Origin: Eledone cirrhosa | Lineage: Eukaryota | Direction of reading: 5' to 3' | Assembly (NCBI GenBank): GCA_964016885.1 | Contig: OZ024741.1 | Span: forward strand, 42,346,001-42,410,000 | DNA length: 64,000 bases | Part shown: piece after piece, positions 13,560 to 27,417 of the stretch | How positions within the stretch are numbered: the stretch's first letter is position 1 | Layout: every line of letters starts with the position of its first letter | Translations under genes and position numbers: made by a program | The notes under the pieces: generated by a model | What the model saw: only the letters and a program-made list of their open reading frames with translations | The model's database searches: none | What the model was told of the DNA's origin: nothing

Positions 13560-13679
13560 TATATAAGTTGAAAAAAAATGAAAACGAAATTTCATTTCTC
13601 ACTCTTAGTATGGCACTTACTTAAATGTAAGTATGTATGTATACGTACATACATATATGTATACAGACGTACAGTAGCA

Positions 13680-13761
<82 letters not shown>

Positions 13762-13908
13762 TATACTGTATATATGCATATATATATATATATAAGTTGA
13801 AAAAAAATGAAAACGAAATTTCATTTCTCACTCTTAGTATGGCACTTACTTAAATGTAAGTATGTATGTATACGTACATACATATATGTATACAGACGTA
13901 CAGTAGCA

Positions 13909-13980
<72 letters not shown>

Positions 13981-14163
13981 TACACATATGCATACAGGTA
14001 CACATACATATATGCACGCATCAGTTTAGCCGACGTTTATTATAACGCCTGCTTTGTTCGTTTGTTGACAAACAAACGAACAAAGCAGGCGTTATAATAA
14101 ACGTCGGCTAAACTGATGCGTGCATATATGTATGTGTACCTGTATGCATATGTGTATATATGC

Positions 14164-14226
<63 letters not shown>

Positions 14227-14279
14227 TGCTACTGTACGTCTGTATACATATATGTATGTACGTATACATACATACTTAC

Positions 14280-14285
<6 letters not shown>
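13560..14285. repeat. Fragments of the ~500-bp hammerhead-repeat family (see 36694-38540): ~229-bp tandem duplication and a palindrome centred ~14068
   Basis: Shared aaacgaaatttcatttctcactcttagta / taaatgtaagtatgtatgtatacgtac / gcgttataataaacgtc blocks. Confidence 0.8.
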
Positions 14286-14313
<28 letters not shown>

Positions 14314-15252
14314 GTATATATGTCCACATCTCATATATAGAACAATTTAATATAGAAGTATGATTGTTTCAATCGAAGGAAATCGTCAAGAAAGCTCCCC
14401 TCCCATATATGTATGTATATATATATATATATATGAGAACAAACAAGAACGGGGGGGGGGGGAGTCCTCCGCCTGACTTTCTAGCAGTCCTTTTCTCACT
14501 TACACTAGCTGGGATCAGTCGTGTCTTTTCGTTCACCCACACGGGATTCAATTGTGACACTTTATAATGTTTATTAGAGCAAAGAATGTTAATATTATAA
14601 TGAGCTAGTTACATCTCCTTACGCATTAGCTCCCCTTAATTCCATAGCCACTTCCGGATATTAAACCGTTGTATAATCTCGCTGTAGAACAACTCTAATC
14701 ATGAATATGAATACAATAAGACCAAGTTACAATCCATTACTATAACTAACTAAAAACATTCAATACAAACATTAACTCAAATATAACTTAACATATGTAA
14801 TTGATGGGAAATCTGTAACTTTCATATTCTACACACATACATATTTGAACTATACAGAAACTATCCTCGCATTACATTCTCCATAATACACTAACATATT
14901 CGCTTAAAGTGCTTGAATTTATGTAATACCTTGCCATACAGTACTCATATATGCCTAATACATTTGCCTGTTTCCTTCCCATATATATGACTAACGCATG
15001 TAGAGACACGCTTCCTTGATTATTAGACTATTTTCTAGTATTATCTGTCGCATGTATTCCACTCTGTGCTTTTAATTTTAATTTTAATTTTAATTTTAAT
15101 CTTAATTTGAATTATCGTACAATTCTAGTATAATATATGTCGCATCCATTACACCCTGTATATACTAAACTGTTGTTCACAACATCAATATATATGTATC
15201 TATATGATTTTTCAGTTGAATAGGAGGTTAATTATATGCACAACATTGATAA

Positions 15253-15299
15253 TGCTCCGATGATTCCAAACTAAAGTTTGGAAGAAACAATTGTCAGCA
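15253..15299 (+). ncRNA. Minimal hammerhead motif (U4C core change) in a PLE-like remnant with inverted repeat 14830-14947/15437-15553
   Basis: TGCT-CCGATGA-TTCCAAAC taaa GTTTGGAA-GAAA-CAATTG-TC-AGCA. Confidence 0.65.
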
Positions 15300-15755
15300 A
15301 TTAAATGATTTGAACATAACTTTGATACTTGTGTATTTCATATACATATTTATTAAAATAACAGATTAAAGTTTAAGCAAAGAATCGCTGCTTTCACCCT
15401 TAACGGGATCTTCTGGAACTAACAAAGTCAATCAGTGAGTACTGTATGGCAAGGTATTACATAAATACAAGCACTTTAAGTGAATATGTTAGTGTATTAT
15501 GGAGGATGTAATGCGAGGATAGTTTCTGTATAGTTCAAATATGCATGTGTGTAGATATATATTTATCCTTATCGAGCCATCTTTGGATTTTAGTCTTCAA
15601 ATTTATTATTATTACTATATATATATAAATATATATATATTATCAATGTCGTCAATTATGCACACTACTACTGAAAAGGCTCTAAAAATGAGGCTTGTTT
15701 GCATAATTGCCAACGAATCGAAAGTTATTATTAATATTCGAAAAACTCAGATTGC

Positions 15756-15835
<80 letters not shown>

Positions 15836-16145
15836 GTGTGTATATATTCTGTATTTTTTTTAGTTCGTTTAACCATCAACGCAATATAATCATGCTTGCC
15901 GAATCAATCGTTGAACCATCTTCAAATAGTTATATTCCCGAAAAGACGTAACAGGATGGTGGAATCCTTTAAAACGTCCTCTTGAGAAAATCTTCAATCT
16001 CTTCTTGACCTGCCAAGCACATCCACCTAATAAGAATTTTCTAGAGAATCAGTGTGGGAAATTGTAAAAAAAAAATGGATACTTTGCCAATAAACGATTC
16101 CGAAATTGAAAGAATCCGAGATACTCTTATATAATCTGACATTCC

Positions 16146-16179
<34 letters not shown>

Positions 16180-16232
16180 CACATACACACACACATATAT
16201 ATATATATATATAATATATATATATATGTATG

Positions 16233-16268
<36 letters not shown>

Positions 16269-16272
16269 CGTT

Positions 16273-16331
<59 letters not shown>

Positions 16332-16339
<8 letters not shown>

Positions 16340-16665
16340 AGATCAAAAGATGGTTAAATGAGTTCCATGTATTTTATTATGCGCATTTCAAAAACAAATA
16401 TCATCATGCAATAACATTTGTGTTTTCATAAGATAAAATAGGAAGACATGATATGAAGGTTAAAAACATTTGTGGATAGTGCAGTTTTAAATCAACATAT
16501 GTTGATTTAAAACTGCACTATCCACAAATGCTTTTAACCTTCATATCATGTCTTCCTATTTTATCTGATGAAAACACAAATGTTATTGCATGATGATATT
16601 TGTTTTTGAAATGCGCATAATAAAATACATGGAACTCATTTAACCTTCTTTTGATCTTATATATT
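16332..16665. mobile_element. ~165-bp-arm spacerless palindrome (inverted PLE pLTR) adjacent to (TA)n
   Basis: Centre 16498/16499 (aacat|atgtt); arms differ at only a few positions. Confidence 0.8.
16557..16627 (+). ncRNA. Type I hammerhead ribozyme
   Basis: TATTTTAT-CTGATGA-aaacacaaatgt...atatttgttttt-GAAA-TGCGCA-TA-ATAAAATA (8-bp stem I). Confidence 0.85.
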
Positions 16666-16751
16666 ATGTATACTCCAGTCCTACAAACTGTAGAGTGCTT
16701 CTTATCCGATATCTGCATTGCTTTATTGTACTACAATAAAACTCACCTCCT

Positions 16752-16790
<39 letters not shown>

Positions 16791-16839
16791 TGTATATACA
16801 TATTATACATACACACGGTTATGTGTGCGTAGTTGTATG

Positions 16840-16876
<37 letters not shown>

Positions 16877-17277
16877 AGACAGAGATGCTTTTGTCTCTCT
16901 CTGTCTCTCTCTCCCCCTCTCTCTATCCCTCTCTCTCTCTGTCTCTCTCTCTCTATATATATATATACACATGCATCTCTGTCTATACACACGTACACAA
17001 ACAAAGACCCCCCCCCCCATACATATATAGCGTGAATCTGCCAATACGAATAAAAGCTACGATTAAGGTAGTGAGTAGACATTCAAAACAGCCAAGCAGT
17101 GTATATTCGTGAATTTCGATACCAGTCCAAAATCAATGAAAATATAATTCTTTATTTAATTTTCAATTCTTTTGTTTCCGGTTCTTTCATTTGTAAATGT
17201 GGATTAGTTGCTCTTTTCATTGGGTTTATTCTGAAGATAAACAGAAGCTGTTCTCTCACAATCATTATGGGGCATGT

Positions 17278-17344
<67 letters not shown>

Positions 17345-17403
17345 TAAAAAAATAATGAATAAAACAATGAAACAGTTCCTTATATTAAACAAAAAAAGTT
17401 CAT

Positions 17404-17548
17404 TATTTAACGATCGTTTCTAGGATATATATGTGTTAGAATTGGCATGCATATTCAACAGATCTATGTACAAAATTATACAAAATTATACAAACTATCA
17501 AGATTAAATATACATACCAAACACACATATATGCCGTCTTCAGAAATA
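17404..17548 (-). ncRNA. Type I hammerhead motif with long stem II insertion
   Basis: TATTT-CTGAAGA-cggcatatatgtgt...acacatatatatccta-GAAA-CGATCG-TT-AAATA. Confidence 0.6.
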
Positions 17549-17623
17549 TCTTCCATGATATCTGGACTACATTGAGTTCTTCATACGGATTGGACACTAC
17601 CGTAAACTCTTGGTAGATTTATC

Positions 17624-17695
<72 letters not shown>

Positions 17696-17701
17696 TAATA
17701 T

Positions 17702-17806
<105 letters not shown>

Positions 17807-18302
17807 AATGAAGTAATTCCATCGGAAAAGTCCAGGAAAAAAGAGTGCTCTATGTAAGCAACAGAGCTTAATTATTATTATTATGTAATAAACAACATAA
17901 GGCAATTATTCCATTTACCAGTGGTTTCTTAAAAGCAAAAGGTTTTGCTTTCAATCCTCAGAATGAAAAATCCTGGTTTGTTTATTGAATATGGATTCTA
18001 AAAACGAAAATGCAATCTATATGAAAGTGAGGCTGGAAAAGGGAGAAGGAAAGGAAAAATAAAATAAAATAAAACTACACATGCAAACACACACAAAAAA
18101 AACCCAAAAGCATACTTACACACACACACATATATACACATATAATTTGCACGCATACACACATACACATACACATACATATACATATATATATATATAT
18201 ATATATACATACACATACATACACATATATATATATAAAAAGAGCGTACACCTACACACACATACACATATATATACACACATATACACATACATACACA
18301 CG

Positions 18303-18334
<32 letters not shown>

Positions 18335-18360
18335 TACATATATATACACATGTACATATC

Positions 18361-18404
<44 letters not shown>

Positions 18405-18427
18405 CATATACACACATATACACATAT

Positions 18428-18463
<36 letters not shown>

Positions 18464-18859
18464 GTGTGTACAAGCCTACACATACACACACACATATATA
18501 TACACACACATATACATACATTCACACAAACATACAACGTACATACATACACATACATGAATGCACTCCACTACATATTAACACACGCAAATAAATATAA
18601 GAAAAAAATATATAAATAATATTAACAAATATTTGACAGCGATACATGCCCCAGCTAACAGGACAGACACGCGTGGTAAGTAATACACACATAAGCGCAT
18701 ATACATACGTTCGAAATAGTAAACACATACACACACTCTCACACATAAATATACATATACAAATACATAAACACGTACATACACATACATACGCAAACAC
18801 GTACACGTATACAATATAAACACACACATGTATATGTAATTATATACACACACACACAC

Positions 18860-18906
<47 letters not shown>

Positions 18907-19187
18907 CAAAAATATAAAAATATAAACGCACACACACATATAAATACGTAAACACACATATACATACATAGCTAAACAATTATACACATGCAAATACGTA
19001 TATATCAAAAGAACGCACAACCAAATACAAACACACACACATATATACACACACACACACCCACACACAAACCCACACATACATAAAAATAAATAAAAAC
19101 ACACGCAACATATACATACATACACGTACATATACATATATACACACATACATATACATATATATATATACACGCATATATATACAC

Positions 19188-19223
<36 letters not shown>

Positions 19224-19817
19224 GTACACGTACACATACACACATGCATACACATACACACACACATATACATGTGTGTATGTGTAAAGCTCAGTATTAG
19301 ATAAGACAAATGAACCTTACATAAACGTATATATAGTAGTAAAGTAATAAAGCCATACAAGGCAATTAATCCATTCACCAGAGGTTTCTTAAAAGCAAAA
19401 AAAGTTTCCTTCAATCTTCAGAATGAAATATACAAATATATACACACATACAGACACGCACACACACATATATATATATATACATATATATATATATGTA
19501 CATATATATATATATATATATATACAGACATATATACACACATACACACACATACATATACACACATACATACACATATATATACATACACAAACATATA
19601 CGTACACATATACATATATACACACAAAAATACATACACATACACATAGGTATGTGAAGGGCAAAACAAAAAGAATATATGGGGTGGGGGGCCTAGAGGA
19701 GGTAAAAATATAAAGGGAGGTAAGGGAGAAAAAAATATATTTTTTAAAATACAAGAGTACAGAAGGTAGAAGCAGCAAAATAAAAGCCGTAGCAAAAGTA
19801 AAGAGCAGAGAAGGAGT

Positions 19818-20026
19818 TCAAGGCGGTTGATTTATCGTAGGAGTGTCAATCCAGTTACAGATCAGATGCGATTTCAGATGAGGACAGCATCTGAAGATCT
19901 CAGTCTTAGAGTTAAGGCAAGCGGAAGTGTCTCTCAAGTTTAGCAAAATCCTATACTTTTCTGTGGTACACAAAGAACAATTCTTTGTGCCCCTTTGGTA
20001 CTCCCTCGAATGGTCTAATATAGACC

Positions 20027-20027
<1 letters not shown>
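19818..20027 (-). pseudogene. C-terminus of PLE ORF (end of GIY-YIG region)
   Basis: WSILDHSREYQRGTKNCSLCTTEKYRILLNLRDTSACLNSKTEIFRCCPHLKSHL matches the PLE W-x-I...C-x-L-C-x-x-E-K...L-N-x-x-x-E...C-x-H terminus. Confidence 0.8.
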
Positions 20028-20057
<30 letters not shown>

Positions 20058-20078
20058 ATGTGTATATGTGTGTATATG

Positions 20079-20122
<44 letters not shown>

Positions 20123-20148
20123 GATATGTACATGTGTATATATATGTA

Positions 20149-20180
<32 letters not shown>

Positions 20181-20271
20181 CGTGTGTATGTATGTGTATA
20201 TGTGTGTATATATATGTGTATGTGTGTGTAGGTGTACGCTCTTTTTATATATATATATGTGTATGTATGTG

Positions 20272-20310
<39 letters not shown>

Positions 20311-20520
20311 GTATGTGTATGTGTATGTGTGTATGCGTGCAAATTATATGTGTATATATGTGTGTGTGTGTAAGTATGCCTTTGGGTTTTTTTGTGTGTG
20401 TTTGCATGTGTAGTTTTATTTTATTTTATTTTTCATTTCCTTCTCCCTTTTCCAGCCTCACTTTCATATAGATTGCATTTTCGTTTTTAGAATCCATATT
20501 CAATAAACAAACCAGGATTT

Positions 20521-20579
20521 TTCATTCTGAGGATTGAAAGCAAAACCTTTTGCTTTTAAGAAACCACTGGTAAATGGAA
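20521..20579 (+). ncRNA. Type I hammerhead ribozyme (identical inverted copy 17909-17967; degenerate copy 19370-19427)
   Basis: TTCATT-CTGAGGA-ttgaaagcaaaa cc ttttgcttttaa-GAAA-CCACTGG-TA-AATGGAA. Confidence 0.85.
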
Positions 20580-20608
20580 TAATTGCCTTATGTTGTTTAT
20601 TACATAAT

Positions 20609-20690
<82 letters not shown>

Positions 20691-20712
20691 GTATATATGT
20701 ATATATGTATAT

Positions 20713-20753
<41 letters not shown>

Positions 20754-20771
20754 CACAGATACATATATACA

Positions 20772-20810
<39 letters not shown>

Positions 20811-20853
20811 TACATATATATTAATATATATATATATACAGATATATATACAG

Positions 20854-20886
<33 letters not shown>

Positions 20887-20947
20887 AATATATATATACA
20901 GATATATATATATACATATATATATATATAAATATATATATATACAC

Positions 20948-21015
<68 letters not shown>

Positions 21016-21016
<1 letters not shown>

Positions 21017-21540
21017 AAAAACATGAGAAGAAAGAATACTGCGTGGTTGCACATGGGTTACATATGATAAAAATAGTCCTTCGTCAGTGATTTTCAAACC
21101 TTCATTTGTATTCCATCGCTTTTAAAATCATATACCTCCGGTTGGTGCGAGCAATAGCTAAATAAACCTATTGGGACAAGTAAATCGCGTAAAGCGGGCG
21201 AGACAAGTAAACAAACATAGAAGGATTGATAGCAACGCAAAGATAGGAAAAAACAAGCAACATGGTTATCCGGTCAGCTTATGCTGGGTGGATTTCATGA
21301 GCGAGCGTAATACAGACCATCCGAGTGAGTGGGATGTGAGCAAGAAGAGAACCCACACAGGCCAAACGGGAGGAAGTGAGAAGGGGAGAAACAGAGAGTG
21401 AGTGAGTGGAAGTGCGAAGAAGAGGCCAGTCGAGAGAAAGTGTAACTGACAGAGGGGGCGAAAGAAGGTGAGAGAAACAGAGAGAGAGGGCGAGGGGGGG
21501 GGGCAGTAAGAGAGAAACAGACAAACGCAGCCGAGGTAAA
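21016..21540. mobile_element. Dispersed repeat, probably PLE-derived; related copies at 41480-42072 and 45585-46100
   Basis: Shared ggttgcacatgggttacatat / agtccttcxtcagtgat / cctccggttggtgcgagcaa. The minus strand has a CTGAxGA half-core. Confidence 0.6.
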
Positions 21541-21566
21541 TATATATACAGGTGCATATATATATA

Positions 21567-21792
21567 TATATTAATAAGAGGAATTCCAACTTTGTCTGAT
21601 TTACTCGTTTTATTTACAATCCTTTAAAATTTATAATGGTATTATAATGAACTAGTATGATAGAATATTAAATGTTAATTGTAACATTTAATATTCTATC
21701 ATACTATTTCATTATTATACCATTATAAATTTTAAAGGATTGTAAATAAAACGAGTAAATCAGACAAAGTTGGAATTCCTCTTATTAATATA
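21567..21792. repeat. ~110-bp-arm fold-back palindrome
   Basis: ttaataagaggaattccaactttgtctgat... and its reverse complement, centre ~21680. Confidence 0.9.
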
Positions 21793-21883
21793 ATCTTCTA
21801 TACAGAATCATACACACCCGTGTATATTTATCTATCTATCTATCTCTCTCTCTCTCTCTCACTCTCTCTCTCTCTCTCATCTA

Positions 21884-21990
<107 letters not shown>

Positions 21991-22094
21991 GTATATATGT
22001 ATATATATATATCTGTCTATATATATATACAAACATATATATATATATATAAATTATATACTTTCGAACGTTCAAGCATCTGGCAGAAGGGTAT

Positions 22095-22137
22095 ACGGTG
22101 CTGATGATAGCTAAGAAGCTTGAAACTAGTACATCGT
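22095..22137 (+). ncRNA. Minimal hammerhead in an isolated unit of the ~500-bp repeat family (22055-22335)
   Basis: ACGGTG-CTGATGA-tagct aaga agctt-GAAA-CTAG-TA-CATCGT. Confidence 0.8.
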
Positions 22138-22265
22138 TCCTGTGTCAGTGTTGAACAAAAAAGGTGACGTGGTTGCCATAACACAGTACGGCATAAATTC
22201 AGACAAAGCGGGCGTTATAATAAACGTCCGGTAAACTGATACGTACATATATATATGTGTACCTG

Positions 22266-22309
<44 letters not shown>

Positions 22310-22342
22310 TGCTACTGTACGTCTGTATACATATATTTGGTT

Positions 22343-22380
22343 CCTTTACCGGTTTCGCAGTTCTTCTGCTTTTCAAAAGG
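22343..22380 (-). ncRNA. 38-nt minimal hammerhead, U3-A8 core variant
   Basis: CCTT-TTGAAAA-GCAG aagaa CTGC-GAAA-CCGG-TA-AAGG. Confidence 0.7.
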
Positions 22381-22869
22381 TGAGTTCAGATGGAGGGTCT
22401 GTGGTTTTTCTCAAATATATATATATATTTACATGTATACTTATATATATATAAAAAAAACAACAATTGCAGAAACACTAAAAAGAACAACATAAAAGAA
22501 CAACATCAGCAACAACAATGCCTTCATCATTAACACTAACAACAACGTCAGCAATTATAAAAAGGGTATGATAAAAATAAATGCCCACCCCACTTCACCC
22601 CCAAAAAACTAACAAACTATCAACAAAAAAAATGGTGTCATAAAGTGTATGACAAATATTATTAGTAATCCATGATTTGATGTTTAACTCTTTTTTAAAA
22701 CTAAAAACATAATAAAATAAAATGAAGTAAAATATAAATGGATTCTAGTAAAATATATAACAAAATGTGTAAAACAATGGCTAGAATTAAGATGAATTAT
22801 TTTTTCTCTATTAAATATATATTTTGTTAATATCTTCCCTTCTCTCCTCCTTTCCCTTGCCTTCTGTAT

Positions 22870-23039
22870 GTTTCTCTCACTACCACGTCACTCTCTCTCT
22901 CTTTCTTTCTTCTCTATGTTTCTCTCTCTCTCCCTTCATTCTCTCTGTTTCTCTCACAACCACGTCTCTCTCTCTCTTCCTTCTCTCTGTTTCTCTCACA
23001 ACCACGTCTCTCTCTCTCTCTTCCTTCTCTCACAATCAC

Positions 23040-23092
<53 letters not shown>

Positions 23093-23725
23093 TCTCTCCC
23101 TTCCGCTCTCTGTTTCTCTCACTATCACGTATCTCTCTCACTCTCGCTGTCTCTCCCTTCTGTCTCCCTTCTCTCACTACCACGTCACTCTCTCTCTCTC
23201 TCTGTCTCTCCCTTCTGTCTCCCTTCTCTCACTACCACGTTACTCTCTCTCTCTCTGTCTCTCCGTTCTGTCTCCCTACTCTCACTACCACGTCACTCTC
23301 TCTCTCTCTGTCTCTCCCTTCTGTCTCCCTTCTCTCACTACCACGTCTCTCTCTCTCTGTCTCTCCATTCTGTCTCCCTTCTCTCACTACCACGTCACTC
23401 TCTCTCTCTCTCTGTCTCTCCCTTCTGCCTTCCTCTATCTCACTACCACGTCACTCTCTGTCTCTCTCTGTCTCTCCCTTCTGTCTCCCTTCTCTCACTA
23501 CCACGTTACTCTCTCTCTCTGTCTCTCCTTTCTGTCTTCCTTCTCTCACTACCACGTCATTCTCTTTCTCTCTCTCTCTCTCTTTCTTTCTGTCTCTCCC
23601 TTCTCTCACTACCACATCACTCTCTTTCTCTCTCTGTCTCTCCCTTCTGTCTCCCTTCTCTCACTACCACGTTACTCTCTCTCTCTCTCTGTCTCTCCCT
23701 TCTGTCTCCCTTCTCTCACTACCAC

Positions 23726-23788
<63 letters not shown>

Positions 23789-23876
23789 GCCCTTCTGTCT
23801 CCCTTCTCTCACTACACGTCACTCTCTCTCTCTCTCTGTCTCACCCTTCTGTCTCCGTTCTCTCACTACCACGTCA

Positions 23877-23908
<32 letters not shown>

Positions 23909-24045
23909 CTGTCTCTCCCTTCTCTCACTACCACGTCACTCTCTCTCTCTCTGTCTCTCCCTTCTGTCTCCCTTCTCTCACTACCACGTCACTCTCTCTC
24001 TCTCTCTCTGTCTCTCCCTTCTGTCTCCCTTCTCTCACTACCACG

Positions 24046-24082
<37 letters not shown>

Positions 24083-24179
24083 GTCTCTCCCTTCTGTCTC
24101 CCTTCTCTCGCTACCACGTCCCTCTCTCTCTCTCTCTCTCTCTGTCTCTCGCTTCTGTCTCCGTTCTCTCACTACCACG

Positions 24180-24232
<53 letters not shown>

Positions 24233-24846
24233 TCTTTCTCCCTTCTCTCACTACCACGGCACTCTCTCTCTCTCTCTCTCTGTCTCTCCCTTCTGTCTCC
24301 CTTCTCTCAATACCACGTCACTCTCTCTCTCTCTGTCTCTCCCTTCTGTCTCCCTTCTCTCACTACCACGTTACTCCCCCTCTCTGTCTCTCCCTTCTGT
24401 CTCCCTTCTCTCACTACCACGTCACTCTCTCTCTCTCTCTCTCTGTCTCTCCCTTCTGTCTCCCTTCTCTCACTACCACGTCACTCTCTCTCTCTCTCTC
24501 TGTCTCTCCCTTCTGTCTCCCTTCTCTCAATACCACGTCACTCTCTCTCTCTCTGTCTCTCCCTTCTGTCTCCCTTCTCTCACTACCACGTCACCCTCTC
24601 TCACTCTCTGTCTCTTCCTTCTTTTTCTCTTCTCTCATTACCACCACACTCTCTGTCTCTCTCTGTCTCTCCCTTCTGTCTCCCTTCTCTCACTACCACG
24701 TCACTCTCTCTCTCTCTCTGTCTCACCCTTCTTTCTCTCCTTTCTCTCCCTACCACGTCACTCTCTTTCTCTCCCTTCCTTCTCTCTGCTTCTCTCACAC
24801 CCCGTCTTTCTCTCTCTCTCACTCACTCTCTCTCCCTCTCTCACTT

Positions 24847-24885
<39 letters not shown>

Positions 24886-25405
24886 TCTGTCTCCCTTCTC
24901 TCACTACCACGTTACTCTCTCACTCTCCCCTCCTTCTCTCCCTTCTCTCATTACCACTTCACACACACTCTCTCTCTTTCTCTCACTCCACGAACACCGC
25001 CTCTCTCTCTCTGTTTTGCTTTGTACCAACACCCCTTTGTCTCTCCCCTCTTCCTGTTTCTTACACTACTGCACCACTCTCTCACTCTCTCTTTCTCTCT
25101 CTTTGTCTTTCTCTATATTACCACTTTAATTCTCTGTCTTTCTTTGAACCACCAACCTCTCTCTCTGTCACTTTTTATACCACCACCAACCTCTCTCTCT
25201 CTCTCCCCCTCTCTCTCTCTCCTTTCCTACTCTCTGCTTCTCTCACTACCACGTCACTCTCACTCTTTTTCTCTCTCTCTCTCCCTTCTGTCTCCCTTCT
25301 CTCACTACCACGTTACTCTCTCTCTCCCTTCCTTCTCTCTGTTTCTCTCACTACCACGTCACTCTCTCTCTCTCTCTGTCTCTCCCTTCTCTCACTACCA
25401 CGTCA

Positions 25406-25438
<33 letters not shown>

Positions 25439-25690
25439 CCCCTTCTGTCTCCCTTCTCTCACTATCACGTTACTCTCTCTCTCTCTCCCTTCCTTCTCTC
25501 TGCTTCTCTCACTCCCTCTCTCTCTACTACCCCCTTTTCTATATGTCTCTCTCCCTATCATCCTCTCTTTCCTTCTCACTCTTCCTTCTCTCTTTTCCTT
25601 CTTTCTGTTTCTCTCCCTACCACGTCACACTCTCCCTCACATCCTCTTTCTCTATACCACCTTCCTCTCTGTCTATCTCCTTATACCACC

Positions 25691-25726
<36 letters not shown>

Positions 25727-25900
25727 TTCTCTGTACCACCACACCTTCTCTGCCTTTGTCTCTCTTTGTCTCTCCCTCTCGTTCTACCACCACCGTCTGT
25801 CTCTGTCTCTCTGTCTCTCTGTCTCTTTCTATACCTCCAGCTTCTTCCCTAACTCTCTCTACTACCACACTTTCTCTCTCTCTCCTTAACACCACCCTCT
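22870..25900. repeat. CT-rich minisatellite: ~50-70-bp unit CTCTCACTACCACGTCA-(CT)n-GTCTCTCCCTTCTGTCTCCCTT
   Basis: Dozens of tandem units, degenerating at both ends. Confidence 0.95.
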
Positions 25901-26099
25901 CTCTCCCTGTCTTTCTCTCTACCAACCACCTCCTCCTCTCACTCTTATACCAACATCAGAACGAAAACTATTTCTCAGTTGCTGGATATAAAGTTTACAT
26001 GGCTGTAAAATACAATTTAGAGAGGTCAGGTCTAGAACAACTGACCACCACCCCACCGCCCATAATTACTCCCATAGGACAACATCCCTCCTGATATGT

Positions 26100-27030
26100 G
26101 GTGGCTTCACATGACGACATAGCATGGATAATTGCCACCCATAAGACAACTTACCCACGAATAATAGCTTTCTGTAGGACAACTTGCCTATGGATATGTG
26201 CCATCACCAGACAACTTACCCACGAATAATAGCCTTCTATAGGACAACATAGCTCCTGATATGTGCCCTCACAAGAAAACTTACTCATGGATATGTTCCC
26301 TCACAAGAAAACTTACTCATGGATATGTTCCCTCACAAGAAAACTTACTCATGGATATATACCCTCACAAGACAACTTGCCCATTGATATATGCCCTCAC
26401 AAGACCCACGTGGATATGTGACCTCACAAGACCCTCATGGATATGTGCCCTCACCAGACATCTTACCCATGGATTTTGAGCCCTCACAAGACAACTTACC
26501 CACGGATATGTGCCCACACAAGACTCTCATGGATATGTGCGCTCACAAGACAACTTGCCCATTGATATATGCCCTCACAAGACCCTCATGGATATGTGCC
26601 CTCACAAGACAACTTGCCCATTGATATGTGCCCTCACAAGACAACTTGCCCATTGTTATATGCCCTCACAAGATGACATACCCATGGATATGTGCCCTCA
26701 CAAGATAACTTACCCATTGATTTTGAGCCCTCACAAGTCAACTTACCCAAGGTTATGTACCCTCACAAGTCAACGTACCCAAAGATATGTACCTTCACAA
26801 GTCAACGTACCCAAGAATATGTACCCTCACAAGACGACTTACCCAAGGATATGTACCCTCACAAGATTACTTACCCAAGGATATGTACCCTCACAAGATG
26901 ACTTACCCAAGGATATGTGCCCTCACAAGACGACTTACCCAAGGATATGTACCCTCACAAGACGACTTATCTATGGATAATATCCTTCCATAGGACAACA
27001 TACCTCTGGATAATTTACCTCACAGGACAA
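26100..27030. repeat. ~32-bp minisatellite (CCCTCACAAGACAACTTACCCATGGATATGTG-like)
   Basis: Period of 32 between 26281 and 26313; shorter variant units are interspersed. Confidence 0.95.
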
Positions 27031-27323
27031 CAGTATCTAGGGCGGGTAAAATACCCGAGATCCATGGACGAGTTCTCTTCAGCAGTCTCTGTCCCTCATT
27101 ATCGCTGCCATGTCATATCCTGCGTCTCCAAGAGACTAGTGTCTGTCCTTAGGACATCAACATATGTTAACCTCGGCCTTCCTCTTCCAGTGTGTCCATG
27201 CAGGGCCTCTCACAGAAGCACTGAGTGCAGTGTCAACTCAGGATTTCGGACAACAGTATACACATTGATAATTATACCTCACAGGACAAAAGACACCACC
27301 CCTACCTGGATATTGACTTCCAT

Positions 27324-27324
<1 letters not shown>

Positions 27325-27356
<32 letters not shown>

Positions 27357-27385
27357 ATGGTGAACACAAAACATAATGATGATGA

Positions 27386-27417
<32 letters not shown>

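Larger units (their letters stand above)
17870..20612 (-). mobile_element. 5'-truncated Penelope-like retroelement with tandem 3' hammerhead repeats and an inverted 5' pLTR
   Basis: C-terminal ORF fragment at 19818-20027. Hammerheads at 19370-19427(-) and 17909-17967(-). Segment 17870-18460 is inverted at 20028-20612. Confidence 0.85.

Noticed and set aside
15850-16145. Possible host exon or integrase fragment (also non-repetitive stretches at 28220-28480, 29260-29500, 43440-43690, 44930-45110)
   Set aside because: Stops in all frames or no recognisable motif; cannot be supported without a database search
22824-25889. 1021-aa and 753-aa Leu/Ser-rich ORFs
   Set aside because: Translation of the CT minisatellite; stop codons are absent only because of base composition
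26100-27030. CRISPR-like ~32-bp periodicity
   Set aside because: Repeats are contiguous with no unique spacers, there are no cas genes, and the context is eukaryotic
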